Origin: Octopus vulgaris
Taxonomy: Eukaryota
Direction: 5' to 3'
Assembly (NCBI GenBank): GCA_951406725.2
Contig: OX597835.1
Span: 38,254,001-38,318,000, forward strand
Length of the DNA: 64,000 nucleotides
The notes under the pieces are model-generated. The model had not been told where the DNA came from. It was given only the letters and a program-made list of their open reading frames with translations, and ran no database searches. The position numbers and the translations under genes are program-made. The stretch's first letter is position 1, and every line of letters begins with the position of its first letter. This document shows positions 24,732 through 38,022 of this stretch, piece after piece.

Positions 24732-25999
24732 GTGTGTGTGTGTATTTGTGTTTGTCCCTCCCCCGATAAAGTAAGTACCAAGCTTAAAAAAAGATACTAG
24801 GGTCGATCCATTCGACTGAAAAATTCATCAAGGCGGTGCCCCAGCATTAACTCAGTCTAATGACTGAAACGAATAAATGATAAAAGATATAAAACAAACG
24901 AGAAAACATCCATTAAAGCAGAAACAGGATAACAATGTTTTGAAAATACCTTTTCAGGTTACGTCGTTTTCCAAGGTATATCTCATGTCTGGGAGCCTAT
25001 AACCGATCTAAGTAGAGACATACCTGTATTTCTAAATATGAAGAGAATTTCTGCTTTAGATTTCGTTTATGACAATATCTAAACACTCGGAACAGATGTA
25101 GCTGACGTTGATTCTATTTTTATTAAAGGATTTATGATAAGAATGTTTTTTCGAGAATAGTTTGTAGATAAAATAAAAGATAGTTGCAACTTATTTCATG
25201 TTAAGGGGATATCAAACTAAATAATTTTCTTATTTTTGTTTCTTCTATATTTAATATTATACGATGCTGGGTGTTATATATGTTATATGTATTCCTGTGA
25301 ATTCACACCGTTTAAAAGCATCATTACAATAATCTGCACGGATACATCGTTTGAAGATAGATTTGATAAACATCTGCATCCGTTTCTAACTACCTTGTTT
25401 TTATAACTATGGGTCGCGGTAGAAAGAATATTAATGTAAATATTCGTTTCGGCTTAAAATCATGTTCACAACGTTTACAACGGATCTTCTAGTCTTTATT
25501 TATTTACCGGTACGTGAACTGAGGAATACTGACTGTTAAATTTTATCTTCAAATCTTTACTTTCGTAACCACATATAACATACCTCATAATCCACACGGT
25601 CGGTCTCACTGTGTTATGTCACTCCAGTAAATCTTAAAATATGTAGATTCAAAAATATCTTGTCGGTATATTTTCTTCCATATATTCTTCGATCTAATCA
25701 TGACAGTACTGTCTACAATCAATTACTCGAAAATTTCAGCTTACGTAATGACAACGACGATGATGATGATGATAGTTATTTCAAATTTTTGCCACAAGGG
25801 CAGCTGGAAGGAGATATGGGATGAGTCGATTCATCGACCCCAGTATTTAACTGATACTTACTTTATCGACCTCAAAAACATGAAAGGCAAAGACGGCCTT
25901 GGCTGAATTTGAACTCAGAACATAGCAACGCGCGAAATATAGCAAGGAATTTCGTTCAGCACGTTAATGATTCTGCCAGTTCGCTGCCTTAATAATAAC

Positions 26000-26076
<77 letters not shown>

Positions 26077-26091
26077 TAATAATTATTATTA

Positions 26092-26168
<77 letters not shown>

Positions 26169-26537
26169 GGCGCAGGAGTGGCTGTGTGGTAAGTAGCTTG
26201 CTAACCAACCATACGGTTGCGGGTTCAGTCCCACTGCGTGGCATCTTGGGCAAGTGTCTTCTGCTATAGCCCCGGGCCGACCAATGCCTTGTGAGTGGAT
26301 TTGGTAGACAGAAACTGAAAGAAGCCCTGTCGTATATATGTATATATATGTATATGTGTGTGTGTTTGTGTGTCTGTGTTTGTCCCCCTAGCATTGCTTG
26401 ACAACCGATGCTGGTGTGTTTAGGTCCCCGTCACTTAGCGGTTCAGCAAAAAGAGGCCGATAGAATAAGTACTAAAAGGTGGTGCTCCAGCATGGCCGCA
26501 GTCAAATGACTGAAACAAGTAAAAGAGTAAAGAGAGT
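26169..26537 (+). mobile_element. SINE family A, full length
   Basis: A box gtggctgtgtggtaag, B box gggttcagtccc, CORE-like cttgggcaag, (aaagagt)n tail. Confidence 0.9.
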
Positions 26538-26619
26538 ATTATTATTATTATTATTATTATCATTATTTTTATTTATTAGCCACTAGGGCTGACATATAGG
26601 GGACGATAATTAGACTTGG

Positions 26620-28090
26620 ACAATGGGGATTTTATATAGAAACAACGAGTACACAGTTAAAGCAATAACAATGATATTCAACAAAAAGAATATACCAATT
26701 ACATTTCCTGGAGTTGGCTCAGGTACCCCCACCTATCCTGAGCCACTCGACGCTTCGTGGGCATCTGGGAAGAGCACCATTCTCCCTCTCAAATTCATTA
26801 GCCTATAGGCACATTATTAGAGTAGGTCCACTCACACGGGCCCTTTTCGCTACATTCACCCACCTTTTAGCAAATATACTGGGAGGTAGCCCTTCTCTCT
26901 CAACCCTCATCTTCCTTTCCAAGTGAAATTTGGAAAAGTTGATGAGGGATTTCCCGAAGAGAAAAGTGTCTGTCTTCAGTCCTTTCAGCCTGGTTCACCA
27001 TACAAACTCTTTCGTTACTGCTATCTCACAGAGGAAAATTGCCTGCTCGTCCAGACCGATGAAAAAGCGGCGGATCGATCTTCACTATGGACTCGGCCGA
27101 TAGCCGGATCCGTCCTACACGCGATAACAGCTCTTTACTCTTTACTCTTTTACTTGTTTCAGTCATTTGACTGCGGCCATGCTGGAGCACCGCCTTTAGT
27201 CGAGCAAATCGACCCCGGGACTTATTCTTTGTAAGCTCAGTACTTATTCTATCGGTCTCTTTTGCCGAACTGCTAAGTGACGGGGACGTAAACACACCAG
27301 TATCGGTTGTCAAGCAATGCTAGGGGGACAAACACAGACACACAAACACACACACGCATACATATATATACATACATATATACATATATATGACAGGCTT
27401 CTTTCAGTTTCCGTCTACCAAATCCACTCACACGGCATTGGTCGGCCCGGGGCTATAGCAGAAGATACTTGCCCAAGATGCCACGCAGTGGGACTGAACC
27501 CGGAACCACGTGGTTGGTTAGCAAGCTACTTACCACACAGCCACTCCTGCGCCTGTTGAACATAACTCTACAAGTCAGTAATGCAAGAACACTGATCGAG
27601 TACGTGCAGAACGGTTTCGTCGCTCTGTGTGCATCTCGGGCAGGTCCGTCTGACAGCACTTCCGTACCTGTAAAGTTTATCTCGAACCGGTAGTGCCTCC
27701 CGATAGCACTGCCAAACTAGGGATTTCTGGAAGTTATCCATCGTCCCCTGATCGAAATTCCTCCTGAACAGACTGGTTAGTTCGACTTCGTTAACGTCTA
27801 GCGTCTCTCGAAGTGCGTTATCACTCTTTCCTTCCACCAACTCTCTATAGAACTCAAGAGTGGATGTTCTACAGATTGCATAGCCTATCTGGTAGAGGGC
27901 AGTGAGTGCCTGGCAACATTCCAGATGCCAGTCACCCTGCCTCGGTCTCTTCTTGACTCAAGACTGAAGCTCAGTCAAGGAAACGAGCTGTGGAAAGGCC
28001 TGTTTGACAAACGGTGACCATACCTGATCACCGTTTGGGCAGAATATCTGGGGATGCCACAGCCTCAGTGCATGTCTGTGCATCATTAGC
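26620..28090 (-). pseudogene. Tx1/L1-like LINE 3' relic interrupted by SINE A
   Basis: ORF 27568-27840 carries the CPRC...ETVLHVLDQC (CCHC) knuckle after WQCYREALPVRDKL. Confidence 0.75.
27131..27554 (-). mobile_element. SINE family A, full length, inverted relative to 26169-26537
   Basis: Near-identical reverse complement of the 26169 copy. Confidence 0.9.
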
Positions 28091-28669
28091 ACGGCAATAA
28101 ATATTGTCTTTCTGTACTTTGTTACATTGGTGACGCATAGTCATTTTGGAAGATTCATTTATTTTTCGTTTGAGTAACAGAAAAAAGGTTTTGAAAAAGA
28201 TCCTATGTATCACGCTGAGATAAACAAATTCATAAATACGGTGTTGAATAGTTCCCTTATGGAAAAAAAGTTAAGGGCCATTTAGCTGGGTTTTTTAGCA
28301 CATCTCCACCGTTGGGATCTTTAAAAATAGTTTTCTATTACTCAAACGGAAAATAAATAAATCTAAAGATTTTTTTCTCAAACTTTTTCCACTGAAGCAA
28401 AAAAGTAATTTATGAATTCATTTCTCTTCGAAAGTCCTCACCTCACATCCTCGAAAAAGTTTTATTTTCCACAAATTTCTTTATAATCGTAATCTATGCC
28501 ATTTGAAAAGTATTTATATAAAATTTCATTGAAAAATATTCATTTTCCTAAAAGCTATGAGGGAAAAAAATCGGATCTTGTGTGCGAATTTTCCCAAAAG
28601 TTAACATACATCAGAAATGACTTTTCGATCAATTCACAACGGTCGAGCAATGTCAGGTTGTTCAATACC

Positions 28670-29293
28670 CTGTTGAATTTCTAAACAGATTTAAACCCAG
28701 TGGGATGCCGCCGCATAACTCGTCACTAAAACTGGGTGCTCCCGTTATGTTGCTTAGGAATCTTGACCCACCTCAACTGTGTAATGTAAATTGTTACTTC
28801 TATGAAACCCCATGTCCTACAGACAACAATCATAACAGGTAGTCACAAAGGAGAAAATGTCTTTATTTCAAAAATCCCCCTCATACCTACAGATGTTCCA
28901 TTCGAATTTAAGACGCTTCAACTTCCAGTCAAAGTAAGTTTTGGTATTTCAATTAACAAATCTCAGGGTCAATCTGCAAAGGTAGTTGGACGTGGTCTCT
29001 CTACGACATGCTTCTCCCATGACCAACTCTATGTTGCTTGCTCGCGAGTTGGAAGCAGCAACAATTTATTCATTTCAAAACTAATAAAAAAATTACTCAT
29101 TCAATATTGTTTACCCTGGGGTGCTTCAACATTAACAGACTTCCATTTTGAAATTCTATTATTACAATTTGGATATTTTAAAATGAAATATAGAAATTTT
29201 TGAAATAATGATGAGAATATATCTTTATATTCATTATTCATTAATCTGAGTAAGGACAGCAGTAACCCACGCAACGCCGGGTCATTCAGCTAG
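28670..29293 (+). pseudogene. Helitron Rep/Helicase (PIF1-like) C-terminal relic with intact 3' terminus
   Basis: SGMPPH..LKLGAPVMLLRNLDPPQLCN, INKSQGQS and FSHDQLYVACSRV motifs; hairpin acccacgcaacgccgggt then CTAG|T at 29290-29294. Confidence 0.9.
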
Positions 29294-29301
29294 TATGTAT
29301 G

Positions 29302-29376
<75 letters not shown>

Positions 29377-29434
29377 TGTACAGATAGAAAGAGGGAGTGA
29401 GCAAGATAAACAGTAGATAGATAGACAGACAAAT

Positions 29435-29465
<31 letters not shown>

Positions 29466-29466
29466 G

Positions 29467-29521
<55 letters not shown>

Positions 29522-29683
29522 CAGGCAGACAGACAGACAGAGAGAGAGACGGAGAGACAGACAGGCAGACGGACAGATAAACAAATAAATAGATCGATAT
29601 AAATAGATAGATATAAATAGATAGATAGACAGACAGATGGACAGACAGACAGATAGATAGATAGATAGATAGATAGATATATT

Positions 29684-29760
<77 letters not shown>

Positions 29761-30163
29761 GCAGACAGGCAGTTAGAAAGATAGATAGATAGACAGGCGG
29801 ACAGACAGACAGCGAAATAAATAGTCAATATTCTCTATCTAAACAGTATGTCCATCCGGCCTGCCAAAGGCAACTCCGAACTCTGGCAGCTACGCCAATT
29901 ATTAAAACTGCAATGCAAATGAACTGACGCCATTTTGAATCGGTCTGGTCTCTTACTGTTTCTCACTTTTCTTTTCCCTCTGTGGAATCACAAGTTAATA
30001 AATAACCAAATCATACAAATAACATTTGAACCTCGTAGACCTGCGATCGACCTATTCTAGCTAAATCACCCATAATAATATTCCCCCAGAGGACGCGACT
30101 ACTTTCACAAGAGTTGATTAACTTGCGGAATTAGAAATAAAAAAATAAATAAATAAATAACGA

Positions 30164-30199
<36 letters not shown>

Positions 30200-30768
30200 A
30201 AAGCAAAATAGGAAAGGAAAAACAAAAGATAAACAGAAACAATAAAGAAAAAAAAAGGATGTTGGAAAATAGTCAAGGAAAGAAAGATTGGATTAATGAA
30301 TGAATGAATGTGTGCGTGTGTGTGTGTGTCTGTGTGTGGTGGGGTGACGGTTACATATAGGGAGAGATAGATGGCGTGACGTGACAGGGAGAGCAAGGGT
30401 TGGACGATTAAAAGAAAAAAGGAGTCGAAGAAAATAAAAGGCGGTAATACTTATAGCGATAACGTATAGATATAGAAGACCATGATGATGACGATGAAGA
30501 TCATACTACTACTACTAATACAACACCTGCTGCTACTACTACTACTACTACTACTACTACTGCTACTGCTACTGCTGCTGTCGCTGCTGCTGCTGGTAAT
30601 AATAATAATAATAATAATAACAATAATAATAATGATTGTAATGATGATAATGAAAATGATGATGAGGATAAGGATGATGATGATGACAACGGTGATGATG
30701 TGATGAAGATTATAAAAAATTAAAATAATAATAATAATAATAATGACAATAATAATAAAAATAATGAC

Positions 30769-30833
<65 letters not shown>

Positions 30834-30835
30834 CA

Positions 30836-30887
<52 letters not shown>

Positions 30888-31368
30888 GTAATGATAATGA
30901 TAATGAGGGAAAGAAGAAGAAGGTGATAATGATGATGACGATAAGGATGATGACGATGATCATGATGACGAGGATGACGACGACGACGACGACGATGATG
31001 ATAACGCTGACACTGTTAATGATTTCTAAGTTTGCCAGAAGGCGACAGTATTAAACAAGGCGTTTATAGATGCGTATGTGTGTGTATGTGTGTGTGTGTG
31101 TGTATGAGGGTGTAGATAACCTAATCGTCTACAATTCCCTCCTCTACCCACCACCATGCCGTCTATTCATAATTATATCCATCACCAAACAGTTCTTGAG
31201 CGAGTAAATTATATTATCGACTTCAAGACAGATGAAAAGGCCAAGACGCACTCGTGGGATTTGAGCTCGGAACGGAAATGCTGAAAGAAATATGCTTATG
31301 GACATTTTGTACAACGCACCACCAACTCTACGCAAGCATTGCTACAAGAAGAAGAAGAAGAAGAGGAG

Positions 31369-31441
<73 letters not shown>

Positions 31442-31479
31442 AAGATGGAGAGGAAGAAGAAGAGGAAGAAAAAGAAGAA

Positions 31480-31514
<35 letters not shown>

Positions 31515-31824
31515 AGAAGAAGAAGAGGAAGAGGAAGAAGAAGTGGAAGAAAAAGAAGAAGAAGAAGAGGAAGAAGAAGAGGAAGAAAAAGAAGAAGAAG
31601 AAGAAGAAGAAGAGGAAGAAAAAGAAGAAGAAGAAGAGGAAAAAGAAGAAGAAGAAGAAGAAGAAGAAGAAGAAGAACAACAACAACAACAACAATTATT
31701 ATTATTATTGTGCTTATAATAATCTTTTTTACTAAAGATACAGAGCCTGAAATTTGGGAAAAGGGGACTAGTCGACTACATAGACCCCAATGTTTTACTG
31801 GTACTTAATTTATCGACCCTCCAC

Positions 31825-32079
31825 GGGCATGTGGCGTAGTGGTTAAGAGTGCGGGCTTACTAACCAGCTCCGAAATTCCGAGTTCAATTTATGGCAGTGA
31901 CCTGAATAATAACCACCACAGCAACAATTATAATAATAATAACAACATCGGAAAATACCTTAGGACTGAGAACTCAGGTTAGAAATTCCCCCACTTCACC
32001 TGACGAAGGCTGGGGAGTACATCAGCCGAAATATTGTGTTAACAACAAAGAAGATGAGGACAAATATCCGTCAAATGTA

Positions 32080-32080
<1 letters not shown>
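31825..32080 (+). mobile_element. tRNA-headed SINE-like element with hammerhead-bearing tail
   Basis: A box gtggcgtagtggttaag, B box gagttcaatt, second B-box-like ggttagaaattcc, hammerhead at 31997-32038. Confidence 0.7.
31997..32038 (+). ncRNA. Minimal type-I hammerhead ribozyme motif
   Basis: cac CTGACGA A GGCTG gggagtacat CAGCC GAAA TATT gtg. Confidence 0.7.
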
Positions 32081-32158
<78 letters not shown>

Positions 32159-32159
32159 C

Positions 32160-32834
32160 TCAGGGCTAAAAGCAGAGAGCGAAGGTTTCATCGTAGCTGC
32201 TCAAGATCAAAGCCTATTAACCCGGAACTACCAGGCCAATGTGATGAAAAATGGAACAGACCCAAAATGCCGATTCTGCAACGACATGATTGAAACAGTG
32301 GACCACCTAATCTCTGGATGTAAAGTCTTAGCACCAGTGGAGTATAAATTAAGACATGACAGAGTTGGCCAATATCTACACTGGCTAATAAGTCGGCATT
32401 ACAATATCAAGACTGCCTACAAGTGGTATAATCACCACCCTGAGGCTGTAACTGAAGGAGTAAATGTAACGATTCTGTGGGACTTTCCAGTACATACAGA
32501 CCGAACCATCAAGGCCAATAAACCGGATATTGTTGTGGAAGACCAAAACAATAAAGTTTGCTTATTGATCGACATGAGCATCCCCTGTGATCATAATATC
32601 TCGGCGAAAGAATTTGACAAGCTCAGAAAATATAAAGACCTGCTCATTGAAATTGAGAAAATGTGGCATCTCAAGGCGGTTACAATAACAGTGATCGTAG
32701 GAGCACTAGGAATGATCAAGAAGGGAACCGAAAATTATATGAGAATGATCCCTGGCTTACCATCCCTGCAAGAAGTGCAAAAGATTGTCTTAACTGGTAC
32801 ATCACACGTATTGAGAAGAGCATTGTCGATGTGA
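32160..32834 (+). CDS. Dong/R4-clade non-LTR retrotransposon C-terminus (CCHC knuckle plus restriction-like endonuclease), 5'-truncated; element spans ~32157-33020
   Basis: AAQDQ, CRFC..ETVDHLISGC, RHD, WD..T, KPDIV, LID, K..KY, VIVGALG motifs; open frame; (TAA)n on both sides. Confidence 0.9.
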   Translation, partial: SGLKAESEGFIVAAQDQSLLTRNYQANVMKNGTDPKCRFCNDMIETVDHLISGCKVLAPVEYKLRHDRVGQYLHWLISRHYNIKTAYKWYNHHPEAVTEGVNVTILWDFPVHTDRTIKANKPDIVVEDQNNKVCLLIDMSIPCDHNISAKEFDKLRKYKDLLIEIEKMWHLKAVTITVIVGALGMIKKGTENYMRMIPGLPSLQEVQKIVLTGTSHVLRRALSM

Positions 32835-33042
32835 GAACTATTACTACCCATGTATTTTAATTTAACTTTATTTCTATCAAAAAAAAAAGGAAAAAAATGA
32901 ACGAACTAGTGAATTTAGTTTAATGGCCTACCAATGTATACTATGAGTTTCTTTGCCCTAGGAGTCGGGAAGACACTCGGCAAGAAATGGAAGCAAATTT
33001 GAAAGAAGAAGAAAAACCCATAAATAATAATAATAATAACGA

Positions 33043-33125
<83 letters not shown>

Positions 33126-33341
33126 GTCCTTTCTACTAAAGGCACTCCAGCTTCACTGTTTGACCGAATAGAAATGCGTCTTCTGTTAGTCCTTTCAGAC
33201 TCACCCAAAACACAAACGCTTTAGTCATTAGACAGAGGCACAGTACGTGCCAATGCTTGTTAAATAACAACAAAAACCAAAAACAACAACAACAACAGTA
33301 ACTATAATAATAATAATGATAATAATAATATTAATATTATT

Positions 33342-33418
<77 letters not shown>

Positions 33419-33450
33419 CAACAACAAAAACAATAATAATAATAATAATA

Positions 33451-33835
33451 TAGCTTGTCAGTTGTTTGACCTTTACCAGTTGACCATGTCCCTCAGTGGC
33501 TGAAGATATGTGCATCTCTGACAAGGTGCAGAAGTACTGGGGGAGCATTATAGCTATTATGGAAACATGGGTGGTTCGTTCAACTTCCTTAAACAATTCT
33601 TATTCAGGGACCTTTTGAGCGGGATGGGCTACTCGACCAGAATAAAATTCTAACTGAGCTCCACCTGCAAGGTCATGTGCTGTTTATCTTGATATGAGAT
33701 CACCATGTCGCGCACATACAGTTGTGATGCACGTGCATCGTGTACCTTTATCAGACGGGTAGTCAGGATGGGTATACTGGGCTTCGTATATTTTACCCCA
33801 GTGTCACTTTGATGGCATGAACTGCTCTCTCACTC
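33451..33835 (+). mobile_element. Non-coding ~385-bp interspersed repeat embedded in (TAA)n
   Basis: Second copy at 1-162; both end ctctctcactc followed by AAT. Confidence 0.7.
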
Positions 33836-33894
<59 letters not shown>

Positions 33895-33914
33895 TGACGA
33901 TGATGATGATGATG

Positions 33915-33987
<73 letters not shown>

Positions 33988-34906
33988 TGATGATGATGAT
34001 GATGATGATAATAATAATAATAATTCTTTCTACTAAAAGCACAAGGCCTGGAATTTTGGGAGAGGGGACTAGTCAATCGCATCGACCCCAGTGCTCGATT
34101 GATACTCAATGTATCGACCTCGAAAGGATGAAAGGAAAAGTCTTGAACCCTGCAGTAGACCGGCATCACTTTCAGAGAGAGTTTTGTGATATCGAACACT
34201 TTTACGCCATGAGAAGTGGGTTTGCCACGTTATGATTCCTGGTGCCCGAGAAAATGAAATATATAACACGTACACATAGAGCCGCATACACATAACAATG
34301 GATGCATATATTAAGTACCGGCGTCGATTTTATCAATTAAGTCAGCCTTCAGAAATTTTTCATAGTTCCTTATGGATCCTTTACGCCTGGTTTGGGACCC
34401 TAACGTTCGTAAAACCATTAGACTGAGAGTTTTGAGACATTCACAATGTTATTTCTAACATTAGTTTGTAATGATATACTGTCACGCGTTTTGCATTGAG
34501 ACACAAAGAGATGCAGGAATAATTTTGTAACTGATAAAATCACCAACGCCGCATTTGAAATTACAGAACGGTAAATCCTTGCAGATTTCATAATATGACG
34601 ATATTTCTTTACATGCGGTTCATGTGTGTGTTTAAGTTTGGGATTTCTATCTGCCAATATGAGCCTAAAGTAAATATACAGATACGTCTTACTGCAAAAC
34701 ATGATACCATGAAATCTACCGGGATTTGCCATTACGCAACTTTTATTCCGGTGTCGATGAAATTATCAGCTATGAAATTATTCCCAAGACCCTTTGTGGC
34801 TTATCACCGAATGCGATGGCTATACGCCATAACAGCGGTATATTTTTAAGATAAAATTCTGAAAGTCTCGGAAAGTTTAAGTATAAAGAACTATTAATGA
34901 TATATA

Positions 34907-34988
<82 letters not shown>

Positions 34989-35124
34989 ATATGTATAACT
35001 ATAATTAAAAGATGATCTCACTTAAACTTGTATATTTAATGTAACATTTTTGAACGAGATGACGTTTCCAGTCGAAACAACCGCACACACATGGGCGCGA
35101 GCGCAAAGACGTCCACACACAACT

Positions 35125-35273
35125 GGTTTCTTTCAAATTCCGTCTACCAACTCTACCCACAAGGTTTTGGTCAGCCATAGGACAAGCTACACGTCGAAAG
35201 TGCCACGCAGTGGGACTGAACCTGGAACCATGCGGTTGGGAAGCAAGCTTATTAGCACACAGCCACGCCTACG

Positions 35274-35277
<4 letters not shown>
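35125..35277 (-). mobile_element. SINE family A, 5' half
   Basis: Matches the family A head. Confidence 0.7.
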
Positions 35278-35319
<42 letters not shown>

Positions 35320-35392
35320 CATATACACATACATATATATATATACATATATATATACATATATATATATATATACATACATATATACATAC

Positions 35393-35493
<101 letters not shown>

Positions 35494-35494
35494 G

Positions 35495-35541
<47 letters not shown>

Positions 35542-36092
35542 CACATTTATTCCTAATTAATGGTTTCAGTCATCTGACTGCGGCTATGCTGGAGCACCCT
35601 CTTTTAGTTGAACAAATGGACCCCAGGACATATTCGTTGTAAGCTTGGTACGTATTCTGTCGGTCTCTTTTGTATACACACACACACACACGCACAAACC
35701 GACCTACGTACATACCTGCCTACCTACGTACTCACCTACATACATACATACATACATTCATACGCATACACACACACATGCACGCACGCACACACACACA
35801 AACACACATACACACATACACACTCACACGCACGCACACACAGACACCATTGGTTCCATGATAAGAAAAGTATTTTAATTATTTTCTAGCCGAAATGGAG
35901 ACGAACACCATACTTCCATATGGTCTGGTTGAAAAATTGTAAAGATACTAAAACATTTTTGTTAACATGAAACCAATTGTAGCCTTAATACACAAATAAA
36001 GAAATTGTATTCACCAATGCACTTTTGGGCACTCATTCTCGTTGTTCGACATTTACACGTATATATATATATACATTTACATAATATACATT

Positions 36093-36131
<39 letters not shown>

Positions 36132-36139
36132 GTATGTAT

Positions 36140-36331
36140 TTTTCTCTCTCCTCTTTCTCTCTCTTTTTTTTCTCTCCTTGTTTTTCTCCTTGTTTTTTCT
36201 GTGCCCCTTTCTGTAGAAGACTGTAGGTACGAAACGTAAAAAACTTTTTCTATTCCTGAGCGTTATACTAATACATCTGTTTGTTTTGTACACCACCTGT
36301 CTTCGTCTTTTGTTTTTGCGTAAACTCTCCC
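36140..36331 (+). mobile_element. PLE-type terminal repeat fragment with hammerhead motif (36207-36243)
   Basis: cttt CTGTAGA A gactgtaggtac GAAA CGTA aaa; tail nearly identical to 12600-12694. Confidence 0.7.
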
Positions 36332-36352
36332 TATATATATATATATGTATGC

Positions 36353-36403
<51 letters not shown>

Positions 36404-36759
36404 CCATGTGATAGCGTCTTATCAAACTACTTCATTTTGTGAGCTTTATCTCGCTGGAGAAAGATGTTGCGGTTTGCCGCTCGCAGTCTCTTGAATATCT
36501 CATGAGGTTGGTGAATTTGTGTGGCTATTTGAGTTATATTTTTGGCTCCTATTTCTAACAGTTGTAGGTGTTATTTTTAACCCTTATTTATGTATTCTAC
36601 CTTTTGATTTTTAATTGCTCTACCCACCTATATTATTATATATTTAATATATCGTAACATATCAATTTATCGTTATAATATCTTCTTGTAATTTTTATAT
36701 ACATACATACACGCACATACATACATGCATACATACATACATACATACATACATACATC

Positions 36760-37158
36760 ACACAACAGCACTGACCACTTCTCAGACCCACATTTTCACT
36801 CCACACATACAGACACGCACACCTGAAGATCATCAGCCCTCTTCCGCACGCATATACGAACTCTCTTATACATACGTACACGTACCTTCGTTTTGGGATC
36901 ATCATCACTTTATTATCTCCCCTTCTTCTTAGCTCTCCTGTGTGACCCTTCTGTCCGGCCTTCGCCATGATAGATCGCTAGCCACTACACATTTTTTAAA
37001 TTCTCTCCTTGTTTCTTTCTGTGTTCCATTCTGTGGAAGAGCTTAGGCTCGAAACGTTAAAGACTTTTTCATTTCCCGAGCGTTATACTAATACATTTGT
37101 TTGTTGTATACGCCACCTGTCTTCGTCTTTTGTTTTTTTGTGAATTTTCCCCCACCTA
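36760..37158 (+). mobile_element. Longer PLE-type terminal repeat with hammerhead motif (37027-37063)
   Basis: CTGTGGA A GAGC ttag GCTC GAAA CGTT aaag; shares gatcgctagccactacaca with the 7800-7975 copy. Confidence 0.7.
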
Positions 37159-37789
37159 TATATGTGTGTGTGTGTGTGCGTATATATATATGTATATATA
37201 TATATTAATTATTAGGGATGGAAGCAAAATTAACACTAAGTGGTAGTCTATTTCCAATCCAAATTAACATGGATCTCTTCTTAGACTACCGATTACGGCG
37301 TTATTAGCGTTGAGATATCTCCTCATATAGGCGCTTAGTGTATAAAACCAGACTAGATCGTAGTAGACCAGAACTGTCTTCCATATGCGCTGGAATTCCG
37401 ATATCATGTGATATCATTCTACAGGAGATCATCAGAAGGGGGCATCCGGTCAACGCATAGTATCAAATCTCGCTGAATATCAGCATCTTTTCAGATACTA
37501 TTATCGCAAATAGCCAATAGGCTTAGGCGCAGGTGTGGCTGTGTGGTTAAGAAGTTTGCTTGCTGACAATATGGTTTCGGGTTAATTCTCACTCCCTGCA
37601 ACTTGGACAAATACTTTCTACTATAGCGCCGGGCTGATCAAATCCTTGTCTGTAGATTTGGTAGACGGAAACTGAAAGAAGCGCATCGTATGAGCGGGAG
37701 TATTTGTCTGTGTGAATATGAGAGTACGTAATTGTTTTGCATGTAAGATACACCCATATTCCATAAAAAAGACTAGTTTATTATTATCA

Positions 37790-37833
37790 ATTAGAACGGT
37801 TCGAACCCGTCCACGTCTTTCTTCATCAGTAAT
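37790..37833 (-). ncRNA. Decayed hammerhead motif
   Basis: Reverse complement reads atta CTGATGA a gaa...ttc GAA ccgt TC taat; one A of GAAA is missing. Confidence 0.45.
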
Positions 37834-37961
37834 CTGAAATGATATATAATGATAAAATGTATTCAGAAGTCTTTAACCGATTAGTATATCCCAGTTTCAT
37901 TACTTGTCTTCGATGATATTCGACGAATATGAAATACCGAGTTACTTTTCCCACACACAAT

Positions 37962-38022
<61 letters not shown>

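Noticed and set aside
31254-31808. Poly-Arg/poly-Lys ORFs resembling protamine
   Set aside because: It is a (GAA)n microsatellite between SINE fragments.
35915-35985. Weak hammerhead-like strings here and at 37455-37500 and 40445-40490
   Set aside because: Several core or stem mismatches; cannot be told from chance without a family consensus.
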